From IMG/VR virus record IMGVR_UViG_3300027969_000116, positions 1 to 58,594 of that record: a stretch of 58,594 nt of DNA; one strand, 5' to 3'. A model generated the notes under the pieces. It ran no database searches. It had not been told where the DNA came from and was given only the letters and a program-made list of their open reading frames with translations. Positions 20,671 through 31,521 of this stretch are shown here, piece by piece. The translations under genes were made by a program, and so were the position numbers. This DNA is from a virus. Taxonomy: Duplodnaviria; Caudoviricetes. Numbering within the stretch: position 1 is the first letter of the stretch; each line of letters starts with the position of its first letter.

Positions 20671-23600
20671 ATGTCAAAGTCATACAGAATAAGAACTAAG
20701 GTTGGTGTTGATACTTCTTTAAAGGTATTAATCGAACAAGAATTCGAACATTTAGAAATTTTATCCCTAAAAATATTACAAAGTGATATCTATACACGAC
20801 AATGTGCCGACTATGGTGTGGTTGTTGGTCGTGTTAGTGTTAATAATGGATTTGGTCTTCCAAATGCTAAAGTTTCTATCTTTTTACCATTAGATAGTGT
20901 AGACCAAACCAACCCAATTATATCTGAATTATATCCATACAAAACATTACTTGATAATAATGATGATGGATATCGTTATAATTTATTACCTTATGTTAAA
21001 TCATATAGTGCTCACGTACCAACCGGAACATTTTTTACTAGAAATGATGTTTTAACAAATCCAACTCTTATTGAAGTTTACGACAAATATTATAAATATA
21101 ATGCTACAACTAATGAAAGTGGGGATTTTATGATATTTGGTGTACCTGTAGGTTCTCATACTATTGTAATGGATGTTGATTTATCTGATATTGGTGAATT
21201 TTCATTATCACCACAAGATTTAATTAGAATGGGGTTGGCAACTGAAGCTCAAGTTGCCGGAACAAATTTTAAATCATCTAATAATTTACGTGAATTACCT
21301 CAGATTGTCAACTTAACAAAATCTATTGAAGTTGAACCTTTATGGGGTCAACCTGAAATTTGTAATTTAGGTATTACAAGAACAGATTTTGATTTAAGTA
21401 GTGAGGCAAAAATTGACATTAGACCAACATCTGTGTTTATGGGGTCAATAATATCCGGACCAAATAGTAGTGCTGTTTCGTCCGGATGTAGGCCACCTAA
21501 TAGGTCAGGACAATTGTGTGATTTAACGGTAGGTCCGGGTGAAATATTGGCAATTAGACAAACCATTCAACAAGATAGTAATGGAAGACCAATTTTAGAG
21601 AATTTTACTTTAGAAGGTGGTGGTAAAGTTATTGACGAAAATGGAACTTGGTTAATTGATGTTCCTATGAACTTGGATTATTTTGTTACTAATGAGTTTG
21701 GTGAACAAGTATTATCTAATGACCCTGAAGTGGGTATTCCAACAAAAGGAAAATATCGATTTAAAGTTAAATGGAATCAATCACCATCATTAAGTGAAAC
21801 TACAAGACGGGCATATTTTTTAGTTCCAAATATTAAAGAACATAAAACTCCAAATATTGACGAATCATACGCGTTTAGTGTTGATTGGAATGATTACGCA
21901 TATATTGGTGACCCAAATTTTAGTCAAATAATACAAGAAGCTATAGATTGCGAAGATAGATTTTATATGATGCAATATAATAAGGTGTATACTATCTCTC
22001 AATTTATTAGTGGTATAAGAAAAGGTAGTGGGTCTGAAAGATTTGTTGGTATTAAAAATATTTTAGATGAAACTTGTAGTGGATTAAATAATAGATTTCC
22101 AACCAACGATGGTAATTTTAAATTTGATATTTTATATATCATTTTTTACTTTTTTAGTATATTATTAACTCCTATATTTTTTTCGTTATTACTTTTATTA
22201 CATATTTTATACTTTGTTGTTTGGATATTAAGAGTTTTATTTGTACCGGGTCTTATAATTTATTTTGGTATTTTAGCGATTAACGCTTTTGTTGGTGCTT
22301 TCGCTGTTGGTTTTGGAGCTACTTTTAGTGCGGGTGTTTTTGCTATGGGTCTAACATATTTGTTAGTGGTGGTTTTATTAATTTTAATAGAAGTACAATT
22401 GTTAAAAATAAAATTATCAGGTGTTAAGGTTCCTATTTTAACATATCCTGAATGTGATTTATGTTCTTGTAGTCCTGAATCAGAGGTAAATGAGGATATT
22501 GGTGCTGATGTAGGTGCTGACCAAGGAAATGATAACACTAATAAAGTTGTACCTTGTCAATCAATTTCATCGGATACTGATATAACTTCTATAACTTTAC
22601 AAGAAGGTATCTTACCATTATTTAATATTGGAACATTTGAAATTCCTGTTAGAAGTCCAAATGACCCTGACGCTTATGCACCTGAAAGAGCTCAGGTTTA
22701 TCAACAAAATTTTACCGGTCTTATTTATGATAATCAATATGGTTCTAATAATATTGGTGCTCCTTATATGAAATATGTTCTTACAGGTGAAGACGGAATT
22801 GCGTGTGAGAACAGATGGATTTATACTTTAGCAATACCATTAGCCGATAGAATAAATTTATTTAATGTTAAAGCTAAATATTTTAATAGTGGTACCACTA
22901 ATCCGGGTGGAGGTGTCAATATAATTTCAGTAAATTTTGAACCCACTCAATCGGTAAAAACACATACAGATAATACAATAGTTATTTTGTGTAACAAAGA
23001 AACAATTCAAAGTTTAACACCAGGTCAATTAATTGCGTTTCAAGACCCAACAAATAGTGGTGATATTAATATGACCGGTGGAATTTTAAATGTTTATGGT
23101 AACAATGCTATTACGGGAACAACATTTACCGGTCAAACAAATATTACAATAAATTACTCTAACCCTACAGGTTCAGGTAATTTATCACAAACTTACGCTA
23201 TCAATATAAGTGCTGATACGACAAATAATTTTCACAAATTTCCAACGGATGTTGAATATTTTCAGGTTATAACGGCTATGACTTATAATCAGTTTAGTGG
23301 TCAGTGTCAAACACAATTTCCAAATTCATTAAACCAAAGATATATTAACAATACAATAAAAATGGGTGAATCAGGATATGCTTGTAACTCCCCTCAAGTG
23401 GCTTATAATAATAATTTTAACCCATTAGATTTCATCGAAAACGTAAATGAAATTTGTGTTTTAATAATGAATAGAGGTGTTGACCCGTATACACCAAAAG
23501 TACCGATAAAATATGGGTTAGGTAGATTATTTGGTCGTACTAATTTAGATGATATTGTTGTTAGTGGTAATTATCATTTAAATATACCTATACAGGGTAA

Positions 23601-26211
23601 ATTTTTAAATGTAAGTCATTTAAGTAGTGACTACCCATCAACAACGGTTAATGGTGTTACGGCAGGTAGTAATGTTGGTATAGATTCTTATACTAATACC
23701 AATCAACAATTATATTTTAACTCGTTTTCATATAAACCACAAACCGTAGAACTTTGGGGTACATTCACAGGTACAAGTTTGGGGGTTCCTTATGAATATA
23801 CTGCTGTTACAAGTTCTAAGTATTCGGCGTTCACCTCCAATTTACTTAGTTATTATTCGAGTATGGATAATCGTTCTCCAAATAATTTTGTGGCAAATTG
23901 TGGTGGAATAAATGTAATAAATGTTACACGTCTAAATAACCCAAATGTTGCATTAGTGAGCTTAACAAATGGGATTAAAGTAAATCCCAATAATAAATTT
24001 TCTTGGTATATTCAGACAACAGGTCGTACATCGTGTAGTGCTTGTCGTGAATTTCAATCTAACACCACAAATAGAATTAGTTCACTCTACAAAAACCATC
24101 CAACAAATGTTGGACAAAACAGTCCTGCAATAATTGAAAATAAAGGTTATTTCCCGAATGAAATAGTTGAGGGTGGTCCTTTAATGTATACTAATATGAA
24201 CTTAGGTTTTGTGGTGACAGGTCCAACAAATGTTAATAGTGGTTCATTATATCCTAGTCCTAGTAGTTGTGGAGGTGGTAATTCAGGACATAATTACATC
24301 TATAACACAAGTGGTGTAAAATGTGGTGGTCAATATTATTTTTATATAACATCAAATTATTATTCACCAATTTATGATACGACAGGTAACACTTTAAATT
24401 TTAGTTTAGGTTCAAATGATAATCAAATAGTTATGAGGGGAGATAGGTTACCAACCTCAACTAATATTGAAGAATACTGTTGTAATGCTATGGTTTTACA
24501 AAAAAATAATAAGTTTCAAATATTTTTAATACCGGAAGAAGGTGTTTTAAATATTACAAGTAGTCCTGGTACAACAGAAGGCGCTGGTAGCGGTGATTTA
24601 GAATATCTTTATGAAGATTTGGTTGGGTCTGAAGGTGTTGCAACGGTTTTTGAAACGTTTAGTTGTGGTGGTTCAGTTCCTTTAAGTTGTTATGAATGTG
24701 AAAAAACTGGTCCAAACGGTACTATCACTGTTAGTACAGGAAGTTGTGATGAATGTTTAGGTAAAAGTATCTTTGTAGGTGGATGTTATAAGTTTGTTAC
24801 AACAATATTTTTATCTTTGGGTTGTGATATTAGTAATATGTTTGAATGGATTGCTAGAAATTTAATTATTTTAGGTGCTTGTCGAAACGTATTTTCACAT
24901 AGATTTATAAATAATTGGGTTAATGGTGTGTTATACGCTTTTCCAATTAAAACTGAAGTTAGAGGATTTACTTCACCAACATCACCAACACCAAACCAAC
25001 CTATTATTTCATATTGTAATGCTGCGGTTATATTACACCCCCAAACAAGAAATTTATATTATAGAGCAACACCTTATGATATAAGTACTAATGAATTTAA
25101 AACACGTGGTAATAGTAATGGTATGGGATTCCCAACAACTATTATGGATTTGGGTCCTAGAGCGGATTATTTACAAGAATTGGTTATGTCGGATGATTAT
25201 GATGGTTATGTTGCAAATAAATTAGATTCATCATCATTTGGTACCGTTGATGATATATTAAATTTATTTATAGTAAGTAGATTTGTTGGTAATAATATTT
25301 TAGATTTAATACTTAAGTCTAACATTTTAGCTTATTTTTCTAATAGTCGAAGTAGTAAAGGTGCGGGTGGTGGAAAATTTATGATTGATGCGGATTACGC
25401 TCAATTAATCTCTATTAACTCTGAATTAGGTGTTGCACCATTTTTATCAAGTAATTATCCTGACGCACCTAATAGAGTTAAGGCTGGGTCTTTTGTTATT
25501 GGTGACCAATATAAAATTATAAAACTTGGTGTACCAACCCCAACAGATTTTACACAAATAGGTGCTCCTCCGGGATACGGTATCGGAACAATATTTACTG
25601 CTACTGGACCGGGTACAGGTGATGGTCAAGCGTTAGTTATTCCGGCTTTACAAAATCCAATATTTTTTGATTGTGATAATGTATTAGGTATTTTCTTCTC
25701 ATCTGACACTCAGACGAGAGATTATATTACTCCCAAGAGAACTATTATATCTCCTTCGGCAACTACCCAAAGTATTTGTGCATTCAACAATTTTTCAGTA
25801 TACTCACAAGTAGTTCCTCTATCTCAATGGAGGATAGGTACAGACCCAATTGATTATGATAGTAATACCGATTCTATATTTGGAAGACAATTTAATAATT
25901 GGGATTTTATTGTTAGTGGTGATTCAGTATTTTCTCATAGATATCAATCGTTAGATAGGTTACTAGAAACCTCAAGATATTTTAGAAGTGATAATATTAG
26001 TCAAACACAATATCAAAAAGGGTATATTTACGCTGTGGATAATGATGGATATATAAGTGCTGACCCTCAATATTGGAATGAAAATTCTGATAAAATAGAT
26101 TTAGTAACCGTAGGTGCTCCATTCCATTTTTATTTTGGTTTGAGACGTGGGTCATCTGCTTTTGATAGGTTCAGAACAAAATGGATAAACACAAGTAACG
26201 TAACAAATTAA
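20671..26211 (+). CDS. Large Cys-rich structural-operon protein with an N-terminal beta-sandwich (carboxypeptidase-regulatory-like) region and a multi-pass hydrophobic segment
   Basis: 1846 aa. GVVVGRV...GLPNAKVSIF...TTNESGDFMIFGVPVGSHTI, and a ~90-aa hydrophobic stretch at about 22129-22404. Confidence 0.6.
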   Translation: MSKSYRIRTKVGVDTSLKVLIEQEFEHLEILSLKILQSDIYTRQCADYGVVVGRVSVNNGFGLPNAKVSIFLPLDSVDQTNPIISELYPYKTLLDNNDDGYRYNLLPYVKSYSAHVPTGTFFTRNDVLTNPTLIEVYDKYYKYNATTNESGDFMIFGVPVGSHTIVMDVDLSDIGEFSLSPQDLIRMGLATEAQVAGTNFKSSNNLRELPQIVNLTKSIEVEPLWGQPEICNLGITRTDFDLSSEAKIDIRPTSVFMGSIISGPNSSAVSSGCRPPNRSGQLCDLTVGPGEILAIRQTIQQDSNGRPILENFTLEGGGKVIDENGTWLIDVPMNLDYFVTNEFGEQVLSNDPEVGIPTKGKYRFKVKWNQSPSLSETTRRAYFLVPNIKEHKTPNIDESYAFSVDWNDYAYIGDPNFSQIIQEAIDCEDRFYMMQYNKVYTISQFISGIRKGSGSERFVGIKNILDETCSGLNNRFPTNDGNFKFDILYIIFYFFSILLTPIFFSLLLLLHILYFVVWILRVLFVPGLIIYFGILAINAFVGAFAVGFGATFSAGVFAMGLTYLLVVVLLILIEVQLLKIKLSGVKVPILTYPECDLCSCSPESEVNEDIGADVGADQGNDNTNKVVPCQSISSDTDITSITLQEGILPLFNIGTFEIPVRSPNDPDAYAPERAQVYQQNFTGLIYDNQYGSNNIGAPYMKYVLTGEDGIACENRWIYTLAIPLADRINLFNVKAKYFNSGTTNPGGGVNIISVNFEPTQSVKTHTDNTIVILCNKETIQSLTPGQLIAFQDPTNSGDINMTGGILNVYGNNAITGTTFTGQTNITINYSNPTGSGNLSQTYAINISADTTNNFHKFPTDVEYFQVITAMTYNQFSGQCQTQFPNSLNQRYINNTIKMGESGYACNSPQVAYNNNFNPLDFIENVNEICVLIMNRGVDPYTPKVPIKYGLGRLFGRTNLDDIVVSGNYHLNIPIQGKFLNVSHLSSDYPSTTVNGVTAGSNVGIDSYTNTNQQLYFNSFSYKPQTVELWGTFTGTSLGVPYEYTAVTSSKYSAFTSNLLSYYSSMDNRSPNNFVANCGGINVINVTRLNNPNVALVSLTNGIKVNPNNKFSWYIQTTGRTSCSACREFQSNTTNRISSLYKNHPTNVGQNSPAIIENKGYFPNEIVEGGPLMYTNMNLGFVVTGPTNVNSGSLYPSPSSCGGGNSGHNYIYNTSGVKCGGQYYFYITSNYYSPIYDTTGNTLNFSLGSNDNQIVMRGDRLPTSTNIEEYCCNAMVLQKNNKFQIFLIPEEGVLNITSSPGTTEGAGSGDLEYLYEDLVGSEGVATVFETFSCGGSVPLSCYECEKTGPNGTITVSTGSCDECLGKSIFVGGCYKFVTTIFLSLGCDISNMFEWIARNLIILGACRNVFSHRFINNWVNGVLYAFPIKTEVRGFTSPTSPTPNQPIISYCNAAVILHPQTRNLYYRATPYDISTNEFKTRGNSNGMGFPTTIMDLGPRADYLQELVMSDDYDGYVANKLDSSSFGTVDDILNLFIVSRFVGNNILDLILKSNILAYFSNSRSSKGAGGGKFMIDADYAQLISINSELGVAPFLSSNYPDAPNRVKAGSFVIGDQYKIIKLGVPTPTDFTQIGAPPGYGIGTIFTATGPGTGDGQALVIPALQNPIFFDCDNVLGIFFSSDTQTRDYITPKRTIISPSATTQSICAFNNFSVYSQVVPLSQWRIGTDPIDYDSNTDSIFGRQFNNWDFIVSGDSVFSHRYQSLDRLLETSRYFRSDNISQTQYQKGYIYAVDNDGYISADPQYWNENSDKIDLVTVGAPFHFYFGLRRGSSAFDRFRTKWINTSNVTN

Positions 26212-26212
26212 T

Positions 26213-28030
26213 ATGGATGATATAAGAATTGTTTTAGGTTCATTACGATTTAAAACATCGACCAATACAGATTTATCTATACCAACACCATTAGTTCAGA
26301 ATTCAAAAAATTTACAAGAATTTGATAGAAGTGTTGATGTTAATCTTGCTCAAGTGTTTGATGATGAGAGACAAAAATCAACAACATTTAGACCTGTTTG
26401 TAAATTTCAATTATTATATGAAAACGCGTATACAGGGTCAACAAATTATCCCCCATTAGAGAATAATTTATATTATATAAATGAAACTATCTCATTGTTA
26501 CAACAATGTAACGCTAGCGCGGGAGCAATTAGTTGGCAAGGATTTCCTCAATATCACGAGTTTGATTTTGTTCGTAGTGATTATGATGTTAGTGGTTATA
26601 CTCAACCACCAAATAATCATATAAATTTTGTATCAAGAAGTGCTTCAACCTATAATTGGAATCATTTTGTTAGTTATCCTTATAAAAATTCATATAATAA
26701 AGTTTTAGAATATTATGATGGTGTAAATTCAATTGCAAGACAATGGACTATTTCAGATGGTATTCCGTTTGTTATCAACTCAACAAAGACATTCATTAAT
26801 GGTAATAAAGTTATAAGATTTGTGTGTCCCGTTAAACACGGGTTATCTGTTGGTGAATTTGCTAAAATTAAAATAGTAGGTGCATCGATAAACACTAATG
26901 ATACCTTTCAAGTTTTTGAGTTAGGAGATGGTATGCCGGGAACCGAAGAATATGTTTTTAACATTTATGATATTGGATATCAGTCAGGAAAATTTGTTTC
27001 AGGATATAATGGAACATTTAGGAGAATAATTAATTATGAAAACCCTGGAGATACAACATCAAAGTATTATGTATTACAACATAAATTATTAACAAATGTT
27101 AATGATGCTGTAATGGTTAATGCGGGGTTTGAACGAAATATTTTTGGTTCAAGAAAGAAATTTGAAAGTCCTGTTTACACCCCAAATAACAATAAAAGAG
27201 TTTCAATAAAAGAAGGTGCTCAATCATATAGTTTATCTTTTAATAAAGATATTGATGTTAATCCACTAAGGGACAATCAAAAAAGACCAATAACTGAATT
27301 ATATATTACAACAATATGGAAAGGTTATTTTGGTTTAACATTAGGTAATTCAGGATTAAAACAAGGTTATGAATTTAACTTACCTTTAGCTCCAATATTA
27401 AAAAAACCTAGTACTTGGTGGTCGTCAACAAATTCATTATCTAATTTTGTTGATGAAAATAATCAACCATATCCTTTAGGTACTTATCAAACTCCATTAG
27501 GTGTATTACCAAATGGTCAACCAATTAATTTTAAATATGTTTTATCATTAAAGGAAGGTGATGTTGTTGATGGTGGTATTTATGAATGGAATGATTATGA
27601 ACAAAAAGAAAGATTAATTAGTGAAATTTCACATAAATTTACTTTTAATACTAATGTTTTTGATATTGGGTGTGGTAATGAGTGTTTTAATCAATTAGGG
27701 TATTATTATCAACCACACAATAAGATAACTATTAGGTCTTTTTCTGACTACATAGAAACGGGTAGTATTACAAATATTGCTGATGTTCCGGATTATTCAT
27801 ATTTTTCGACAACTTATAATTCATTTATTTGGAGGGACTTATATACCTATGGATTTAAGGATGGTAGTGGTAATGGTGTTGATTACCCATTTTTAAATGG
27901 AAAACATTATCCATATAATAATTATATTTTTAGAATAATACCTGAAGGAACTAATTATATAGAAAGTGTATTAAATAATTACGCCACTCTTTTTGGAGCG
28001 GCACAACCAATAACTGACGATTGTGAATAA
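26213..28030 (+). CDS. Hypothetical virion (baseplate/tail) protein
   Basis: 605-aa ORF, translationally coupled within the baseplate operon. Confidence 0.6.
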   Translation: MDDIRIVLGSLRFKTSTNTDLSIPTPLVQNSKNLQEFDRSVDVNLAQVFDDERQKSTTFRPVCKFQLLYENAYTGSTNYPPLENNLYYINETISLLQQCNASAGAISWQGFPQYHEFDFVRSDYDVSGYTQPPNNHINFVSRSASTYNWNHFVSYPYKNSYNKVLEYYDGVNSIARQWTISDGIPFVINSTKTFINGNKVIRFVCPVKHGLSVGEFAKIKIVGASINTNDTFQVFELGDGMPGTEEYVFNIYDIGYQSGKFVSGYNGTFRRIINYENPGDTTSKYYVLQHKLLTNVNDAVMVNAGFERNIFGSRKKFESPVYTPNNNKRVSIKEGAQSYSLSFNKDIDVNPLRDNQKRPITELYITTIWKGYFGLTLGNSGLKQGYEFNLPLAPILKKPSTWWSSTNSLSNFVDENNQPYPLGTYQTPLGVLPNGQPINFKYVLSLKEGDVVDGGIYEWNDYEQKERLISEISHKFTFNTNVFDIGCGNECFNQLGYYYQPHNKITIRSFSDYIETGSITNIADVPDYSYFSTTYNSFIWRDLYTYGFKDGSGNGVDYPFLNGKHYPYNNYIFRIIPEGTNYIESVLNNYATLFGAAQPITDDCE

Positions 28031-28850
28031 TAATAGTTATAAATTTACTTTACCAAAAGGTGACGACAAATATATCAATATACCAATTGAAATAAAATGG
28101 GATTTTATTGGTCAAGACGATGCCGTTGAAGAATATCAACAAAACGTCGTTGAAGAAGTAATTGGGTTTCCGGGAGATTTTGAAGTGTTAAGATTTGCTC
28201 ACGCACCATATGATAACGAAACCAAAACTGATATTAAATATGATTTTTATTTTTTTAGTTTTAATGGAGGTGTTCCAGTAAATCCGTCAACACAAGTTTT
28301 AACGTCCACCGCTAGTAATTGGGTGACTAGTTATATTCCTGAAGGGTTTACAGAGATTGATATATATTATTATATAAAACCTTTTACAAAATCTTTTTTT
28401 AAATTGGATTTTTATGATACTAAAGATACTATTACACAAACTAATTATTTCACAGTAATATTACCTGTTCAACAAGGTAATACTACTGTAGGTGTTGTCT
28501 CATCATTATTACCACCCGTTAATATTAAAATTCCATCATTTAAATTAGATTATGTTGGGGACAAAGAAGGGTTCTTTTTATATTGGTTAAGAAATACAAA
28601 ATTTTTAGATATTAGTAAATTTTATATGACGGCAAAATTCTTTGACGCTAGGTTAGGGATTTTTGTTAAAATGATGAATACACCTCAAGTACCACCAATT
28701 ATACCTTCTCCTTTTACATTCAACCCGGAGGATTATTTTTATTATGAAGTTAGGTTAAACTATAATGAAAAAACATATGAGGTTTGGGATAATAATAATA
28801 GAGTTGGGACGACAAGTTCAATAAAGTGGTATGAATATATAAACCCATAA
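28023..28850 (+). CDS. Hypothetical virion protein
   Basis: 275 aa with a GTG start overlapping the previous stop; aromatic, beta-rich composition. Confidence 0.6.
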   Translation: MNNNSYKFTLPKGDDKYINIPIEIKWDFIGQDDAVEEYQQNVVEEVIGFPGDFEVLRFAHAPYDNETKTDIKYDFYFFSFNGGVPVNPSTQVLTSTASNWVTSYIPEGFTEIDIYYYIKPFTKSFFKLDFYDTKDTITQTNYFTVILPVQQGNTTVGVVSSLLPPVNIKIPSFKLDYVGDKEGFFLYWLRNTKFLDISKFYMTAKFFDARLGIFVKMMNTPQVPPIIPSPFTFNPEDYFYYEVRLNYNEKTYEVWDNNNRVGTTSSIKWYEYINP

Positions 28851-28851
28851 T

Positions 28852-30054
28852 ATGACAGAGAGAGATTATCGTATTAAAATATCACCTGAATTTATAAGTG
28901 GAGACATTTTTAAAGTAAGATATAACGCAGGGACTATAACGGGTACCGGAATAGTTAATAAGTGTTGTATTATACCTGCAGAAACCTTTAGAATTGATTT
29001 GACGGGAACATCTTATGTCTATTCATCAATGACGGAAGTATTATCGGGTGGTACTAATACAACTAATATTTCATCCGCAACAACTAAGCCGGGTACATCG
29101 TTATTAACTGGATTAACAATACCTATATTATTAACAGAAACCGTGACTGATATTGGTTATTACTCTGTGTTTGATGGTATGGTGTTACAACAAGACACTA
29201 TGTTAAATTTTGTATTCTCGGGTAACAGTATTATACCTAAACGATGTTATTTTTATAATACGATAGATATTGAATTTAAGAAGTATTTGGAGTTTTCAAC
29301 TTATAGAATAGATTGGGGTGATGGTTCAGTAAGTGCAATAACTCCGACAACAAGTTCGATATATCACGACTATAATAATTTAACCGGTTATACCATCACT
29401 CTATCAGGAATGAGTCCTTGGGGTACTAATATTATTAAAAAAACAATTACCACACCTTTTACCGGAGTAACAATTTCAAATCCTAAAGGGACTGCTTATT
29501 TTAAACCTGCCGGTGGTAATTGGGTTAACACTTTATTGTCATATGATTATATTTTTAGTGGGGATGCAACTTGTGACGCAACATTAAACGATATTAATTT
29601 ATTTAATCAGATTACAGATATTCCATTTTTAATTACTGGTTATACAACCTCATCATTAAGTGATTTAAAACAATATGGTACAACATTATATAAACCGGGG
29701 GTAAAGGTAACAGGTAATACCGATATGGTTGGTGTGTTTAGTGGGGTAAGTCGGGATGGAATGTATACTGCCTATACAATAAATGATATTGATTATTATG
29801 ATTGGTCAGATGGGACAACAATTTTTGTGGTAAAATCATCAGGTTTAACCTCAGATATGTTAGTTTGTCAACCAATAGTGAAAAATGATTTATTAATGAA
29901 CATAATTGACGAGGCAGAAGTACAATCCAACATATTCATCGAAAGAGGAAAGAACTCAGCTCTTGAAAGAGTTGAGAGATTAGGTGAAGTTGATAACGTG
30001 GGTGATTTGGTTAAATATGGGTATAAATTTTTTAATGTGATTAATAGTATATAA
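28852..30054 (+). CDS. Hypothetical virion protein with a PKD-like motif
   Basis: YRIDWGDGS...IYHDY....YTITL is a PKD-domain-like signature. Confidence 0.55.
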   Translation: MTERDYRIKISPEFISGDIFKVRYNAGTITGTGIVNKCCIIPAETFRIDLTGTSYVYSSMTEVLSGGTNTTNISSATTKPGTSLLTGLTIPILLTETVTDIGYYSVFDGMVLQQDTMLNFVFSGNSIIPKRCYFYNTIDIEFKKYLEFSTYRIDWGDGSVSAITPTTSSIYHDYNNLTGYTITLSGMSPWGTNIIKKTITTPFTGVTISNPKGTAYFKPAGGNWVNTLLSYDYIFSGDATCDATLNDINLFNQITDIPFLITGYTTSSLSDLKQYGTTLYKPGVKVTGNTDMVGVFSGVSRDGMYTAYTINDIDYYDWSDGTTIFVVKSSGLTSDMLVCQPIVKNDLLMNIIDEAEVQSNIFIERGKNSALERVERLGEVDNVGDLVKYGYKFFNVINSI

Positions 30055-30079
30055 ATTCTTTATTTTGATATTTATAGTT

Positions 30080-30610
30080 ATGGAAAAAAAATGTAGTAAA
30101 TGTAATATAGTTAAATTAATTACTGATTTTAATGTACAAAAAATTGGTAAATGTGGTGTTCGTTCATATTGTAAAGAATGTCAAAAGATTCAGAGAAAAG
30201 AATATTATGATAATAACAAAGAATTAGAATATGTTTATCAACTTAAATACAGAAAAAATAATCCTAATTACAATAAAGATTGGCAAAAAAACAAAAGAGA
30301 ATATGACATATTATTTAGATTACGTGGTAATTTAAGAGCTAGATTATGTAATATTATTAAAAATAAAACAACAAAAACTTTGGATAGTATTGGGTTAGAT
30401 ATAAATGAGTTTAAAGAGTTTATTGAAAATAAATTTAAAAATGGTATGTGTTGGGAAAATTATGGTGAATGGCATATTGACCACATACTACCGTTAAGTA
30501 GTGGTAATAGTGTTGAAGAAATACTACAATTAAATCATTACACTAATCTACAACCATTATGGGCGGAAGATAATTTAAAAAAAAGTAATAAAATATTAAT
30601 AAATAATTAA
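30080..30610 (+). CDS. Free-standing HNH (homing) endonuclease
   Basis: N-terminal CSKC..CKEC Zn finger; GMCWENYGEWHIDHILPLS...NHYTNLQPLWAEDNLKKS. ATG 30080 follows TATTTATA (30069-30076). Confidence 0.85.
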   Translation: MEKKCSKCNIVKLITDFNVQKIGKCGVRSYCKECQKIQRKEYYDNNKELEYVYQLKYRKNNPNYNKDWQKNKREYDILFRLRGNLRARLCNIIKNKTTKTLDSIGLDINEFKEFIENKFKNGMCWENYGEWHIDHILPLSSGNSVEEILQLNHYTNLQPLWAEDNLKKSNKILINN

Positions 30611-30612
30611 AA

Positions 30613-31521
30613 ATGGCGGTTGGAACATATGGAACGATAAGACCTGCTGACGTAAGTCCGGCGGATGTTGAGATAATTTTAAATTATACACCATCAAGAG
30701 ATGAGACAGATAATTTTGTGTTAACAAAGTTGGATGCGTTGTCTATTTTAAGACCTTACTATAATAATGATACCACAGGTGTAAACAATGGTATTGAGAT
30801 ATTAGGTGGTTTATATAATTTAAAACTACCTGCAGAACAATTTAACCAAATTGGTATTTATACTTTATTTATTAGGCCTGCTCAAATTAGAGCAACAATA
30901 TTAGATTGTGGTGTTTTATCCGCACTTCCTAATGTTAAAGGTTTAATTTTTGACTTAAATTCTGTACCGGCAAATTTTAGAAATAAATTTGTTAATCAGG
31001 GATTAGTTGGATTTAGAATTGAATATTTAAATTCTGATGGAACTAAAATACCTAACTTCTTTAGAATTATTACATCATCATTCTTTTGTGAACCGGTTGT
31101 TCAAAATTTAACAAACTCATCACAAAAAGCTATACGATACAAATATAGTGATAATAATACTAATTTATTATTCTGTACATTAACTCCGTCATCGGCGCCA
31201 ACAAATAAGCCAAATGCTACACCATATATTGGACAACCAAATCAAAATGTGATTATTACCAATACTTTCTTTAATCCAATAACTTTGGATATTGAAATTG
31301 GAGAACACGATTTCTCAACATTGGCAATTGCTCTTTATGGTAATCAAACTAAATCAATTGATGATGGTATCTACACATTATACGATAATGCTAATAACAT
31401 ATACAAACAATACAACTTATATGAAATTAGAGACCAATTTAATGAGTTATTGTATGAGGTTAGACAAGACAGAGGAAATAATATTGATTTCAGTAAAAAC
31501 TTTACAAATATAACACAATAA
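30613..31521 (+). CDS. Hypothetical structural protein
   Basis: 302-aa ORF in the baseplate operon, coupled (TAATG) to the next gene. Confidence 0.6.
   Translation: MAVGTYGTIRPADVSPADVEIILNYTPSRDETDNFVLTKLDALSILRPYYNNDTTGVNNGIEILGGLYNLKLPAEQFNQIGIYTLFIRPAQIRATILDCGVLSALPNVKGLIFDLNSVPANFRNKFVNQGLVGFRIEYLNSDGTKIPNFFRIITSSFFCEPVVQNLTNSSQKAIRYKYSDNNTNLLFCTLTPSSAPTNKPNATPYIGQPNQNVIITNTFFNPITLDIEIGEHDFSTLAIALYGNQTKSIDDGIYTLYDNANNIYKQYNLYEIRDQFNELLYEVRQDRGNNIDFSKNFTNITQ

Noticed and set aside
30055-30612. Group I intron housing the HNH gene
   Set aside because: The flanks are only ~25 nt and 2 nt, leaving no room for a ribozyme core, and both neighbours look complete.
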